NCBI RefSeq assembly: GCF_001194135.2 | Contig: NC_068992.1 | Location: 30,023,492-30,087,491, forward strand | Length of the DNA: 64,000 nucleotides | Direction of reading: 5' to 3' | Origin: Octopus bimaculoides | Lineage: Eukaryota | Part shown: positions 25,871-39,312 of the stretch, one piece after another | Numbering within the stretch: position 1 is the stretch's first letter | Layout of the letters: each line of letters starts with the position of its first letter | Position numbers and translations under genes: made by a program | Notes under the pieces: generated by a model | Databases searched by the model: none | What the model was told of the DNA's origin: nothing | What the model saw: the letters and a program-made list of their open reading frames with translations, nothing else

Positions 25871-27530
25871 GGGGTGGGGTGAAAATAAAGAATCGGCCAG
25901 ACAAACCTCGCTATTTACAGTAAAGACTATTACTACGATACCAATATCTGACAGCAATTCTTGCTTTGTTCTTTAGATATATGTATGTGACTGCTTTATA
26001 AGATTTTAACATGTTTATCAATTAATGTTTTTATGTCGTAGTTTTGTAAGCAGTGGTGTAATGAACAATGTGAAACAACCGGGAACCTTTAAGTATCTTG
26101 TAAAGAATATCATAAGCATACATGAAATAGAATGCAAATGTTTTGAAAACCTCTAAAATGGGAAATACAATATATATTGTTATGGAATATATCAACAGTA
26201 GTAAATATTGTGTATGAAGGAAACATTTGGACCGGTAATACTCTTATTGCCATTATTCATGTCACTCTGGAATGATATAACTAAATGGAAAATCGGTTGA
26301 TCGAGTGTTGAACACATTTGATTGATAATGAAAAGATCGGAGGGTAGAGTGAATTGCTGCTGAAATTGTTAAAGGTTATGAAAATGTTATGTAAAACAAA
26401 TGTCTGAAAATTTACATATCTATCAAAGTATATCATATTTAAAAGAAAATGCTGAATGTCACTGTCGTGGAATTATTTCTAAAAATATTTTTCTTACATA
26501 AACACAAAACAACTTATATTTAGCAATAACGTATATTTGTGGTGAGATCCGTGCCGTTCTGAAAGGGAAAGTAGTACGGCAATACAATCGTTTATAATTT
26601 TGTTCAAAAATACATTATATAACAAATCATGCCAGTCTCTTGTCTTCAATCATACTAACCTTTCACCTAATGAAAAGAAACTAATTGTATATTACCACCA
26701 AATGTTTGTTGTTTTCAACAACTAATTCACTGATTATTAAGCTACGATTGATATGTGAATTTATTTTTATACTGCATTTAACTGTAAAACATCACAGGAA
26801 GAACAATCTAGCACATTTTATTTCAATCCATGAGAAAATCTGATTTCCATTTCATGACAATATACTGAGGTTAACATTTACTTTATTACTTTTGATAAGC
26901 GGCTGCAGTAAAACCTCACGTTTCTTCGTGTTGTATACTGGAGACGTAATGGATATTACATATTCCTGCATGGTATTCTAAACATTTAGTGAGATTTAAC
27001 TATTCTCTTTACAAAAGAATCAAGAAATATCAGACATTAGATATCACAGTTTTTAAGGTGTATCTTACAAAATCATGTTGCTTGGAACAAAACGTTACTT
27101 TAAAGTAACGTCCCAACAAATAAATCAATGTATATTTTTATAAGGCAATCAAAATTTACTTTGATATGAATCTTATTACCAGGGCCGCGTTTAAACAATG
27201 GGAGGCCCGGGGCACTTCATGTTCGGTGAGCTCCTCATGCAGAAGAATTAAATCTCAAAACCCAATTTTCGCAGTAATTGAATCTGATGATCTAGCAGAG
27301 GAAGTTTAAATAAACGAATGAAAATTTCGCTCTATATGATATGTATACGTTTCAAAATTCAAATTTTTGTTTTTCACACATCCACTTTATAGGGCTTGGC
27401 TCTTCTGGCCTAAACTATTTTTTTTTTCCTAATGCCAGTTACAAATGTTTCAGACTGTGGAGTACTATAAAAGAACAGAATGTTGCAGGAAAAAAACAAA
27501 ACGTATTAGTAGTTATTCCAAACGCAAGAT

Positions 27531-27565
<35 letters not shown>

Positions 27566-28679
27566 TGAGTGTGTCTGAGTGTGTGAGGGGGTGGAGATAC
27601 GAACATTTAAAGGGCATGGATTTTTAAATTGCTTGCTTTAAAAGGGCTTCCCTGCATTGTTGTGCCATGCATGAAAGAAAAAAAAAAGAGGGGAAATCGT
27701 AACAAAAACAAAAATTCAAACTTAAGCGGAACAGCTTTTTTTGAAAGTTTGCTTTTTCAGTTTCCAGTAGGGGTTAGGTGGGGCCCAATCAGTGATATTT
27801 ACCGCATTCTTTTACTTTGGAAACAAATATATTTTTTATAAACGTCCACTACCTTACAAATGCTATGTCAGCTAAGCAAATTGACCTTCTCTAAATGCAA
27901 TAAAATCTATTTAACATATTCAGAACGCTATCTCAGAAAATTATCACCGTTCTCTTTGAAAATATAAAAGGCAAATTTAGATAAGGGAAACATTATTAAG
28001 TTAAGATATGGTAAATTATCTTCACTACTTCAGAATTACAAAAACTTTGAAAAAAGACTCATACACATGAACATCGATCCATTGACATCAGAAAAATCAG
28101 AAATGCAAAAAAAATGTAAAATATCTATGTCAAATAAAAGAGGATTATGGAAAATAGCACATCATATGAAATTAACGAAACTCGACAAAATCTAAGAACT
28201 CGACATAAAATATTCTCTGTAGCTTCTTTATGATAAGTTGGAGTGGCACTATTCCATTCCATATATATTTATGCGCCATGCAGTTAAAGAGGAGTGATTA
28301 TTAAAATTAGTCATTACTCATTTTGGCCCACTTACGAAAATTTCTCCACTTCTCTATTTCAAAGAGTTTAGCACAATTATAAAAGAATATAGCAAAAAAA
28401 GGACAAATGTTTGACTTAATGAAAAACACTTAAACATACATGCAATGATTCTAAAGCCAAGAAAGGCTTTTTGCTGTTGAGAGATGTAATTTTATAATTA
28501 AGACTAAATATGTCTTAATTACACATTCCTTACATACCTGTTGAAAATTTTCAATGCCTCTCTGAAATAATTAAGTACTTGAGTAACCTATATATATATA
28601 TATATNNNNNNNNNNATATATATGTATATATATGTATATATATATGTATATATATATATATATAGTGTGTGTGTATGTG

Positions 28680-28930
28680 CAATGTGTTTGCGTCTCCTTG
28701 TCTCGACAAGTGGTAGCTGTGAATGAGTTCCCTCTCATTCAAGTAGTGTCATTCATCACTAATATTCTAGGAGAACATGTCTGGCCATGGGGAAATATTA
28801 ACTTGCTGAAAACAGGCGAGAGTTGGCGACAGGAAGAGCATCTGACCGTAGAAAATATATTTCAAGAAACTCCGTCTGACCCATGCAAGCGAGGAAACGT
28901 TAACGTTAAAACCAAGACGATGATGATGAA
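28680..28930 (+). mobile_element. 3' portion of a SINE/LINE-tail repeat ending in (GAT)n
   Basis: gagaacatgtctggccatggggaaatatt...gttggcgacaggaagagcatc...gacccatgcaagc...acgatgatgatga; recalled as a common octopus repeat tail. Confidence 0.65.
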
Positions 28931-29539
28931 CTAGAGACAGCGCGGGTTGTAATATATATATTAAAGGTATAAATTCATTGCAATCCTTCCATTATAATTC
29001 CATTACGTCTGGAGGTTTTTTTTTTGTTCTTCAAGATTTGATGTTAAATACTTGTATAGTTTGTGTGTATTCTTCTTAATATTTGTATGAAGGGTGTTAT
29101 ATATAGTTGCTTGAACAGACGCTATCGGAAAGCTCTTCATTAACTGAAAAATAATCAGTCTCAACGACTCATGAATATCTGCAATCAATTGCGGGAAAAT
29201 CCTCAAAATGCCTGGCTTTGGCGTCGAATTTTGATAAGAAAAATCAGTGGATTCGTCCGGGCCAGGCATTGGAATCGTGGCGTGTATTTTATAAAAACAT
29301 CAGAAACACCATGATTTTCGTCATCGCCGTCATCTTCATCCCCATCGTCGTTATTGTCGTCACCACTATCAATTCAATCAGCAGCAGCTGCACCCCCAAC
29401 AGCTTCATTACGTATCGTTATTCCATCTAGTCATATAACTTATCATCAGTTGCAAAAACCCAACGAATAATTCCTGAAATCAAGATTTATCGTCTTAAAC
29501 AAGCAAAAATGTTTCAGACATTCTCCTCCTAGGTACACT

Positions 29540-29627
29540 GTTGTTGTTGTTGGCACTCCATCGCTTACGATGTTGAAGGTTTCAGTTGGTCCGATCAACG
29601 GAACAGCCTGCTCGTGAAATTAACGTG
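29540..29627 (-). mobile_element. 3' tail fragment of SINE family B (tail T1)
   Basis: Reverse complement cacgttaatttcacgagcaggctgttccgttgatcgg... matches 59095-59165 and ends in (CAA)n; truncated by a gap. Confidence 0.8.
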
Positions 29628-30129
29628 NNNNNNNNNNCACACACACACACACATACACACACAAACACACACACACACACACATACATATTAAATTTTCA
29701 GGAGTGTTTAATTAAACGAATTAGAATCGCTAAGGTGGCGAAATCTATGGTTATTTATAATAAAATAGAATCGATTATATTTTTAAAATGCCAAATACCT
29801 TTGTATATTGCAAAAGAGCCTCTTCATGCCAAATAGATGCGAGTTGGGTGCCACCCTGTACTAAGTGTACTGAGTGCTGCGTACCTTTCGTAGCAGTAGG
29901 CTCCCCAGTATCAGCGGGGGCCCAGAAAATTTCACCCTTCGCCATCCTATAAATCCGGCCCTACTTAGTCCCTCTGAAAGTTTCGAAGTTTGATACCTGA
30001 TCACTTCTGTTTCTGTAAACGGAGAATATGTCACCACTTTAGACGATGAGTATTCATAGCATTCACGATCCACCGGTGTGCTGGGGCCTCGAAAGAATAC
30101 AATATTTCGACCGCGTTGTTTTTTCTCCT

Positions 30130-30560
30130 CAGTCGGAATTACCTCGTTGGACAGATGAAGTAGACACGAACCTAAGCTCCTATTATAGGAATCAGCAAAT
30201 AACTTATTTGCTGAGAAGCATTGATATATATCAAGCGGATAATTCATTCTCAGTACGTTCTGGGAGATTCGAACATGAATATCTCATTACTTGATTGCAT
30301 GTAACAGAACGCTTTAAGAATGATTAGTTACGTTATTATTCAGATTCTCGAATTTTCGAGAGCTCCTTAACAAACATCAGCATGTATTAATGAATAGTCA
30401 GTTTGCTGATTTCTATGAACAAGTGTTTGCTGTCTTCTTGAATTCATCGGTTCAGAGAGGTAGATTCGACTGAGGAAACGCAGAGCAAAGCCGAAACACT
30501 TCGGTGTCGCGAAGTCCCCTTATACATGTATATCGCATGTGTTATGAATAAAGATAGATT
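30130..30560 (+). mobile_element. Probable Penelope-like element 3' relic (GIY-YIG traces, hammerhead, AATAAA)
   Basis: DIYQADNSFSVR..FEH aligns loosely to the YIGQTGRSLxxR..EH motif; RIFESSL..KHQHVLMN resembles the PLE endonuclease end. A hammerhead motif and AATAAA (about 30547) follow. Confidence 0.45.
30465..30513 (+). ncRNA. Type I hammerhead ribozyme motif, partly decayed
   Basis: TTCGA-CTGAGGA-(weak stem II)-GAAA-CAC-TTCG-GTG-TC-GCGAA. Stem III is 4 bp closed by C(UUCG)G and the triplet is GUC. Stem I is TTCG/CGAA with an A-G mismatch next to the core. Confidence 0.6.
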
Positions 30561-31196
30561 AATAAAAATATATGTTCTCTGTTTTGAAAAAGAACATCGA
30601 TCAGATATTAATATGTGTGTCTGACAGACTATACGATGACTGAATGATTAAGTAAACGAGCTCTCATTGTTGAGAACGCTCCCCGTGCATTATAATAATT
30701 ATCCATATCTTTGTGAAGTTTTTGAAATTAATTGAGCGAAAATTATGAATATATAAAATGTGACAGCTATTTGTTAATTAAATAACTGATATACGTTACA
30801 AACATAATTTATTGAACTATCAACCTCAATTTTGGAACTGAAATATTAAAATATTACGTTTACTATTTCCGACCACATTATATTTCGAAATATTTGATGT
30901 TCAGTCGATATTATTTCATGTGTTCCACGAAATAAACATATCTGACTAGATTCAAACTACGATGCTTTGTATTTACACACTCCAAGTAGTGACACTGTTT
31001 ACCAGTGTGCAACTAGCATAAGTTTGTTCGCCATGTGTAAAGTAAAATTATGTTATAGGGGACTAGACTGTAATTATGTGACTTTAATGCGTTTTTTCCC
31101 ATGGAATGTATTTAACATAAGTGATTGAAATCAGTTATGATCATGGATCACGACGAGGCTAAATAGCTGCTTAACTTTTGCTCAAGCTAAATGTAT

Positions 31197-31261
<65 letters not shown>

Positions 31262-34200
31262 GTAGATAACTGTATTACATCAATAAGAGTGTATTCATCG
31301 TATGTGTGACATTATTGCTGCTGTGATATACACCACTCAATCAGTTAAAGTGAAATAACTTCAAGCGTGAACCGAAGTCGCTCCTATAATCTACCATGTT
31401 TGTATAATGACACTCATAAGTGTATACCTAGCAAATACAAAGAATGAACCCCCCGAATGATCTTACCAAGATAACTGCATTATTTTACATCTCTATTGTT
31501 AATAATTAGCTGTACTTAATGTGCCCCTCTCCCGCCAGAATAAGTGTTTTCATTTCATTATGGAGAAACAAGGGGACACGTAAATAAATGTAGAAATGGA
31601 TTTGATCCGTTGTATGCCAGTTTCTACAGAGCAACATCTAGGAATTTATGCTTAAAAATAAAGTGATTTTGAAACAAATATTAACCTCCAAGTTTAACAC
31701 GTTTGGCACATGTGAATGCTGATACATTTGATGTTTGGTGATTGCTAGAGATATCCATGTAAGATACGATAACTTCTAAAATCAAGAAATATTTATCTAC
31801 AGAATGCTTTTAGCTATATTAAGAAGGAAAAGTTAATGTGAGTCATCATGTCATTGGATGAAAGATCAAATGTTTTTAGCCCCAAAACTTACATTTCTTT
31901 CCCCCCCCCCTCTCAATATCATATTTGCATACATCAGTATATGCATTTCCATGAAATCGATATTTATCGTTTTTGGAAGGAAAACTGGACTACTTAACTA
32001 GGAATAAACATTATGAATATAAATTTAAACATATGAATTGAAATCTAAAAAGGAACATTTAATTTGAACAAAGAAAGAATAGACAGTATTAATAAAAATA
32101 TTACAATGACTCGATTCAGAACATTTCATAAAGAATGTTCATATTAATTTATTTACTGTATAACTTTTGATGGTAAACTGTATAGAAATTTATGGTAGAA
32201 GTTTAGAATCTTATATGCATATGCACATAGCACATAACAGATATCCTCCTCCGAACAAACAACAAGCAAAAACATACAAAATAAGAAAATTACACAATTT
32301 CTGCTGAACAGACCGTCGTACATTATATATTACAATCTAGTAAATTGCGTTTCTAGAGTCAGAAATATTGATAATAAGACATCCATTGAAACAAAATTAC
32401 TTGAATTTACTGTGCAGTATTAATCTTTGAAAAGTATTTATAACAATCCAAAACAAATAATTTTATGAGATACATGTCATTAAATGTATATTCTTAGAGA
32501 GAAGTTGCATTTTATTTATATAGCTTCTACCTCACTATTACATTACTATTTTCTTGCGTAGATTTTAACAATATTTCTAGCAATATGCAGCGATAACTCT
32601 TGAATATTTTGCAAAAGCGATCGTTATGCATATGGCAAATGAAAGACGGTAGATGGAATATATGAGAATTGGTTACTAATCAAGACAATTGTATCAACAC
32701 ATCTAGCATCGATTCCTCACGTGTGGAACACTCAACATCAGATTCAGGAGTATCCGGCTGTGCAGATATATATATATATATATATATATANNNNNNNNNN
32801 NNNNNNNNNNNNNNNNNNNNNNNNNNNNNNNNNNNNNNNNNNNNNNNNNNNNNNNNNNNNNNNNNNNNNNNNNNNNNNNNNNNNNNNNNNNNNNNNNNNN
32901 NNNNNNNNNNNNNNNNNNNNNNNNNNNNNNNNNNNNNNNNNNNNNNNNNNNNNNNNNNNNNNNNNNNNNNNNNNNNNNNNNNNNNNNNNNNNNNNNNNNN
33001 NNNNNNNNNNNNNNNNNNNNNNNNNNNNNNNNNTATATATACAAACATGCAAACACATACCTATCAGGAATACTTCCTTTATTTTTTTCATTCCAGCTTT
33101 TGACAATTCCATATAGAACAGATTGGTATCCCATCACGCACCTTACACAATTTACAGGAAAAAAAGTTAGAGTTTTCCCCTATCAGCATTTAAAAAGCGC
33201 GATTTCATGAGATATAGGGGATGGAAGGGACGGAAAGAAAAACCCAAGTACATGACTGAAAATTTGTTTTGGTTTGAGTATTCTCTCAAAGTGCTGAACG
33301 TCTGAATGTAGTCTATTCGATCACGAACAATTCTGATAATTTCCGTTATCCATGCATACATGTAACATAACACTTTAAATAACGTTACATGACACTCGAA
33401 ATGATTTAATCGTCCCTGCAATGCAAACGTATAACTATTTGATACTCGAAAGAAAACAAATTATGTAGCTCTGTGCAAAGTAAACTTCATACTGTTCACT
33501 TACAGTTCAGTTAGATATAATCTTGAACAAAGCATACGAAAATTAAACAATTCCCCTCGGCAAAACAGCTGAAATGGTTAGAACGTATATATTGAGCTAC
33601 GATGAACACATGAAATTCAATCATGCAAAAATCGTACAATTATGCCAGATCTCTTGAAACTCTCAAAACATCTAATTAGGACCATTATTCGCAATAGTAA
33701 GACGATCAGTAATAGGATACGTATCACTCTGTAATCCCTCAGATAAAACTCTCTAATACAAATTTAGACAGACTACCCATGAAGCAGCATCATTACATAT
33801 TTACATAGTATTTACGTAGTAATATAAAACAAATGTTTAAAATTCCGTATGTTTACCCTAAAATCTAGAACATGTAATATGTGCTCCAAATGAACATTAT
33901 ATCCACACATACTACAAATACATAAGTTTCACCAAATTGATAATTAAACTGAAAGGCACAATAACATAAACAATATAATCGATACGCTCATAGTCTGTAT
34001 TTACGTTCTCTGGTAACCATCTGAATGATATCGCACTATGACTGAGCGAAGGGACACTAGGAACAATATTGAAGTAATGCTGAGCTATAATGTACGCCGT
34101 TTATCTTACTCCACACACAAAATACATGAAGACTTATTCACGGTAAAAATGCATCTTTCGTTGCCCAGCCTCACATACACAATTCAATACTTCACATTTT

Positions 34201-34364
34201 GTCATCAAAATAGACGAAATGTAGCTTCACGGCGTGTGTGTTCGAGGTCCGAAAAGCGTTTTGCATTCATTGCTATGTGTAGTCAAGTCCATATTGCGGC
34301 AACAGAAAGCAATTATTCATACACTACACATTTAACTTGGTTCATATAAATAATCTTCTTAAAG

Positions 34365-34570
34365 AAGACAGTGAGCTGTCAGATTCGTTAGCACGCCGGA
34401 CAAAGTGCTAAGTGGCATTTTGTCCATCTCCAGATTCTGAGTTCAAATTCCAACAGGGTCAACTTATCCACTTGAGATTGATAAAATAAGTACCAGTTGG
34501 ACACTGGGGTCGATATAACCGACTAAAACCATTACCCGAAATTTCTGGCATTTTGTCAATATTCGAAATC
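34365..34570 (+). mobile_element. SINE family A copy
   Basis: gagctgtcagattcgttagcacgccgg...ttctgagttcaaattcc...aagtaccagttggacactggggtcgat. Confidence 0.85.
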
Positions 34571-34903
34571 AATAATATTGTTATATTGTAACTAACTGCC
34601 GTTGAATTTTTATTTGGCTGCTGACAAAATATTTACTGATGTGTTAAGCAACATTTTACTTCATATAAATATGTATTAGCGCATTTCTGACATACTTAGT
34701 GAGTTATTACCCGAGATATGCAACAATATATACATTCCCACTTCTATTAGAACTCATATGTCACTAAGTATCGAAAGACTAACCTATTTTGAATTCATTT
34801 ATTAAAAAACAAATGCTAGAATTGAAAGTTTGCTTCAGTATTTCCAGCGGTTTTTTTTTCTTACGAAACCGTTTATAAGAGTTTATAATAAGGAAAAGTT
34901 TGC

Positions 34904-35110
34904 AAGGCGGCGCGCTGGCATCAACGTTAGCACGCCGGGCGAAATACTTATCGGCATTTCGTCTGCCGTTACGTTCTGAGTTCAAATTCCACCGAGGTCG
35001 CCTTACCACTTCGGGGTCGATAAATCATGCACCAGTAGCATACTAGGGTCGATCTAATCGGCTGTGCCCCTTCCCGAAAAATTTCGGGCTTTGTACCTTG
35101 TGTAGAAAAA
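34904..35110 (+). mobile_element. SINE family A, best-preserved copy
   Basis: tRNA-like head ggcggcgcgctggcatcaacgttagc, B-box-like gagttcaaattcc, tail aaatttcgggctttgtacc. Confidence 0.9.
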
Positions 35111-36516
35111 ATGTTGAAGTGTTTGCAAAATTCTGTTAATTAATGTTTTTTTTGGGGGGAGGGTCAATTTTACGCAGCACCCGCAGAGAGAGTTTAGGAC
35201 ACTTAGTCTTAGCTAAGATCCTGTTCATTCTCCCTTGCTATTCTCTATTGAGAGGTAATTTATCTCGTAACTTCTTACTACCAATAAGTGCCAGTAATCT
35301 GAATATGATGCGCATATTAATATATATAATTAAGCGAAAATCTGTCTCGGCTAAATATTTAAAACTATGTTTAATTAACCGATTTGACAATATTTGTGTA
35401 AAGACTGTGACAACTCATAACTGAATAGGCTTCCATGGAAACCTGGTTAGAGTAGAGTAATTGACAAGTAACGAGAGGGAAAATTATAAGGAATGTAAAT
35501 CCTAAATGCTTTCGAAATCGATTCCTAACGTGCATGTATTAGATATAACATACCTTCACAATTATTGTTTCGATATTTTCTTTAATTTTCTGGAAGAGAA
35601 AAAGGTAAACGCTAAGTGTCCATTGTCTCATTGTACGTCTACTCTCGCTTGGAAAATGTATTATTTAAAGGAGTTTAATCATGACTATCAGATCGTATCA
35701 GACTACATCAGCCAAAATGTTTCATGACTAAAGATTATAGAATGCGATTCGATAGAGATTTCGCAGTGATTTCTAGTGTATCAGACAACCATGTAGAAGC
35801 AACCTTGATGTCTCCTATACAGTATTTTCCAGTGGTATTGTCGTGGTACATCCGAGCAGAGGATTCGGAACCATATAACATCGTCATGGATGATTTTTTT
35901 CTATACTAGAATGCTCGTATATCTATTTGTAGATAATTACAAACAAGAGTCAAGAATGGAAATTTTACAAAATCGATTGACTTGCTAGCAGTAGCAGATA
36001 CATCTTCCTCAATTAAGACCTTCCTCTATTAGAAAGGGATATTATATTGTATGAATTAGGCCAACAATGAAAACTCTTTGAAAATTACATAACATTTTTA
36101 GGGAAACGATTGGAAGCTATGCATTCATTTTCTAGCAAAATAAGATCTATAAAACAGAACAGGTTTAAAAAGCTGGTTTTAGGTTGTGTTTAAAAGGTAG
36201 ACGCAGATAGTGATTTTGAAGAAACTCACTCTGTAAAAACTGCGGATCATCGTTTTATATATACGTATGTCTGTGTTTTGTGTCAATGTTTGTCGCCCCA
36301 CTGTTCGACACACAAAATTAGTTTGTTTACATCTTTGTATGATAGCGGTTCGGCAAAAGAAACCGGCGTATTTAAATAGAAAAATAAGTTTTGGGAAAGA
36401 TTTTTTCTACTAAACTCTCCAAGGTCGTGCCACAGCACGGTTGTAGTCCAAAGACTAAAACAAGGGAAATAAGACAACAATGTATGCTATCTAAAATTCA
36501 GTTTGCATTTTAGGTT

Positions 36517-36732
36517 AAGGCGGTGAGCTGGTAGAACGGTTAATACGCCGGTCGATATACTTAGCGGAATTTCACTAATGTTTACGCCGAGTTCAAATTG
36601 CGTCAGGGTCGTCATTGCCTTTCATTCTCTCGGATGGACGCTAAAGTAAGTATCAGTTGAGCACTAGGGTCAATGTAATTGACTTACTCCTCCTCTGAAA
36701 TTGCTGGCTTTGTGCGAAAATTTGAAACTAAT
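36517..36732 (+). mobile_element. SINE family A-related copy
   Basis: aaggcggtgagctggtagaacggtt...gagttcaaatt...aaattgctggctttgtgcgaaaatttgaaac. Confidence 0.85.
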
Positions 36733-37605
36733 ATTTATATTTTAGGTTCCACATACATCATAAAATATTTACTAGTAATACAGTAACGAGATATATAATC
36801 ACTATGAATCATATCAAATACAAAGCACAGAATATATTCTTCTGCTTACTACATTTTAATTCAATTTGTGTAATTGTTCTACATATTAAGAAACTTTCTA
36901 TCTACAAATTGCCTGAAACACAGTATTTGTGTGCGCTAGCAGTGTTTAGTATAGCAACAATTTTTGCTTTATCCAATTGTTGACAATACTGCTATATTAG
37001 AGAATTCATGAACAGTCAGAAAATTCTATTGAAATTTATTCAGTTGGCTATAGAATTTTAAATCTTCACGATCAATTAACATGCGTAATAACCGCGTAAT
37101 TAGACATCGTTGATTGTTTTAAGCATAAAAACGCTAACTATAATGTTTTAACCACTACCGTCTATTTTTTACTGTTGTAAAAATATAAAAGAGCAAAATG
37201 TAAAGAAGTTTCATAGGTCTGCAATTTAAAAATGAGTAATGAAATAGGAAAGATAGCATCATTGAGTCTTGACAAAAACGCTAAATTAATATATTTACAT
37301 TTTTTCAATTTACTCTCAGAGCGATTAAAATATAGCCCCGCCATGATATAATATTGCATTAAAAGACGAAAAGTATATATACAGGTATACAATACTACAT
37401 GATATTTCTTTTAGATTACTTCATTAAATTACGGTTGTTTCAATTTTCGTTTAATAATTATACTTATAGTTATATATAAACGTTTATCTATCTATCTGTC
37501 TGGATGACTGCCTGTCTGTCTGTCTGTATGCCTGTCTATATCGATCCATCTGCCTATCTAACAGTCCATCTATCTGACTATATAAATTTATCTATACACA
37601 CACAT

Positions 37606-37636
<31 letters not shown>

Positions 37637-38649
37637 CATATGTATTAATAGTTATCGCCGGCTAACATGGCAGTGCAGAAAAATAGGACGAATGCTGCCG
37701 TTTATTAACTCGAAGAGGCCATCGCCTCTAGCTAGCTATGTAATACACGAACCTGTGTCCATTAAAACCTTCGAACTATTACTATCCAGTACCGCTGCTG
37801 TAGTCTCCTTTAGAGAGACTTAGAAATATATATATATAAATATATATTCATAGATAGAACTTTATATTTATGTGTGTGCGTGTCTTTGTATGTGTGTATT
37901 TATATATGCTTGTTTGTGTCATGTATGCGCACTTTGTCCTTATGGTTAAGAAATACGCTTCACGACGACACAAATTCCTCTACTATAACTTGGGATGTCC
38001 CCACACACTGCAGTTGAAATTCACAAACATTGTGTAGAAGCTGATAAGTCGACAATAACTGCAATTTAAACATTTCAACGTAGTTAGTAACGTTGTGACA
38101 CTTATTCGGTATAAGAATTATGTTAAAATGGCGTCTTGTCAGTGGAACGCTCAGTCACACTTTAATGAAGGTCCAGATAATTCAGTTAATCAACCACTTC
38201 AATTCTCCTCGTCAAACGACCATACTTTGCATATCAATAGTAATTCACACTTCTGTGGAAATCCCTTTTTGTTACTGTGTCCTTTGGAAACCAACATGAC
38301 AATGTAGTTGCACAAACAAGAATTCGGTACAAAGTGATATAATGTGTATGAAAATAGTAAAATTTCCCTACAAATAAAACATTAAATTGGCACATTCAAA
38401 TGCCGTATCCTCATAATTACTTCTCCTTACATGATTTCATAGATGTTTCAGGAACGCACAAAGTAAAAGCTATGTGGGTCGTGTGGGAAATTGATATACT
38501 GAATCTAATTGATTGCGCCTGTTAGAAATATAACGTTTGATTGACGCACAATAACATCAATAAAAAGTTATCAATGCACCAGCAACTATTGAATTTATGT
38601 TTTGCTCGCAATTCTGTTCTTTAATGCACTTGACATATATACATACATA

Positions 38650-38684
<35 letters not shown>

Positions 38685-39159
38685 CTGCGATATTTGTTTT
38701 GTATACATAAATAATACGCATCGAAATCGTAATAAACAATTTCAAACGAATCTAGAGTAAAACCTATGAACATTTGTCCAATTTTACCTCTCATCATTTA
38801 TTGATTAAACTCCAAATGTTTTTTCATAATGACATACAGTTACTCTTTGCATAAATTACCTTTTGTGTATACAAAATAAAAATGACAAAATGTGTTTTTG
38901 TAAACAAAATTTGAATGTTTTTCTTTCTCATTTGTGCGTGTTCCTTTTCCAAACGGTGTGAATATTTAATTCGCCTTTGAACACAATATCGTTAGTTGTA
39001 TGTATGTACAATGTAATTCTTTATTGCATATTTCCTATAGTCACAGTATCAAAAATGTTCGTTAAACGATGTTATATATTTGTAGTTTCGGATCACCAAC
39101 CACTTCCACCACTTCAGCACAAAAACGAAATGATTCAAATTTGTGAATCAGGGTGCAGT

Positions 39160-39312
39160 CGAGTATATCGATCCGAGTACTTTATTAGTACTTTATCTTA
39201 TCAATCAGGAAATGAAGTAAGGCAAATTTGACCCCGGTGTAAAAAAAAAAATAAATAAATAAACGGAACACATTCTCAAATATTTTTGTCTGACCTTTAA
39301 CGGTTCTGGCAA
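39160..39312 (-). mobile_element. SINE family A, diverged
   Basis: atcgatccgagtac...tagtactttatcttatcaatc...aggcaaatttgaccccgg. Confidence 0.6.

Larger units (their letters stand above)
27180..29963. mobile_element. Possible non-autonomous hAT relic
   Basis: Left end cagggccgcgttta and right end (reverse complement) tagggccggattta match at 11/14. Flanking 8-mers cttattac and cttagtcc match at 6/8. Subterminal GGCCC motifs at both ends. Confidence 0.45.

Noticed and set aside
30080-30135. Minus-strand CTGAGGA...GAAA
   Set aside because: No stem II and no stem I register compatible with an NUH site.
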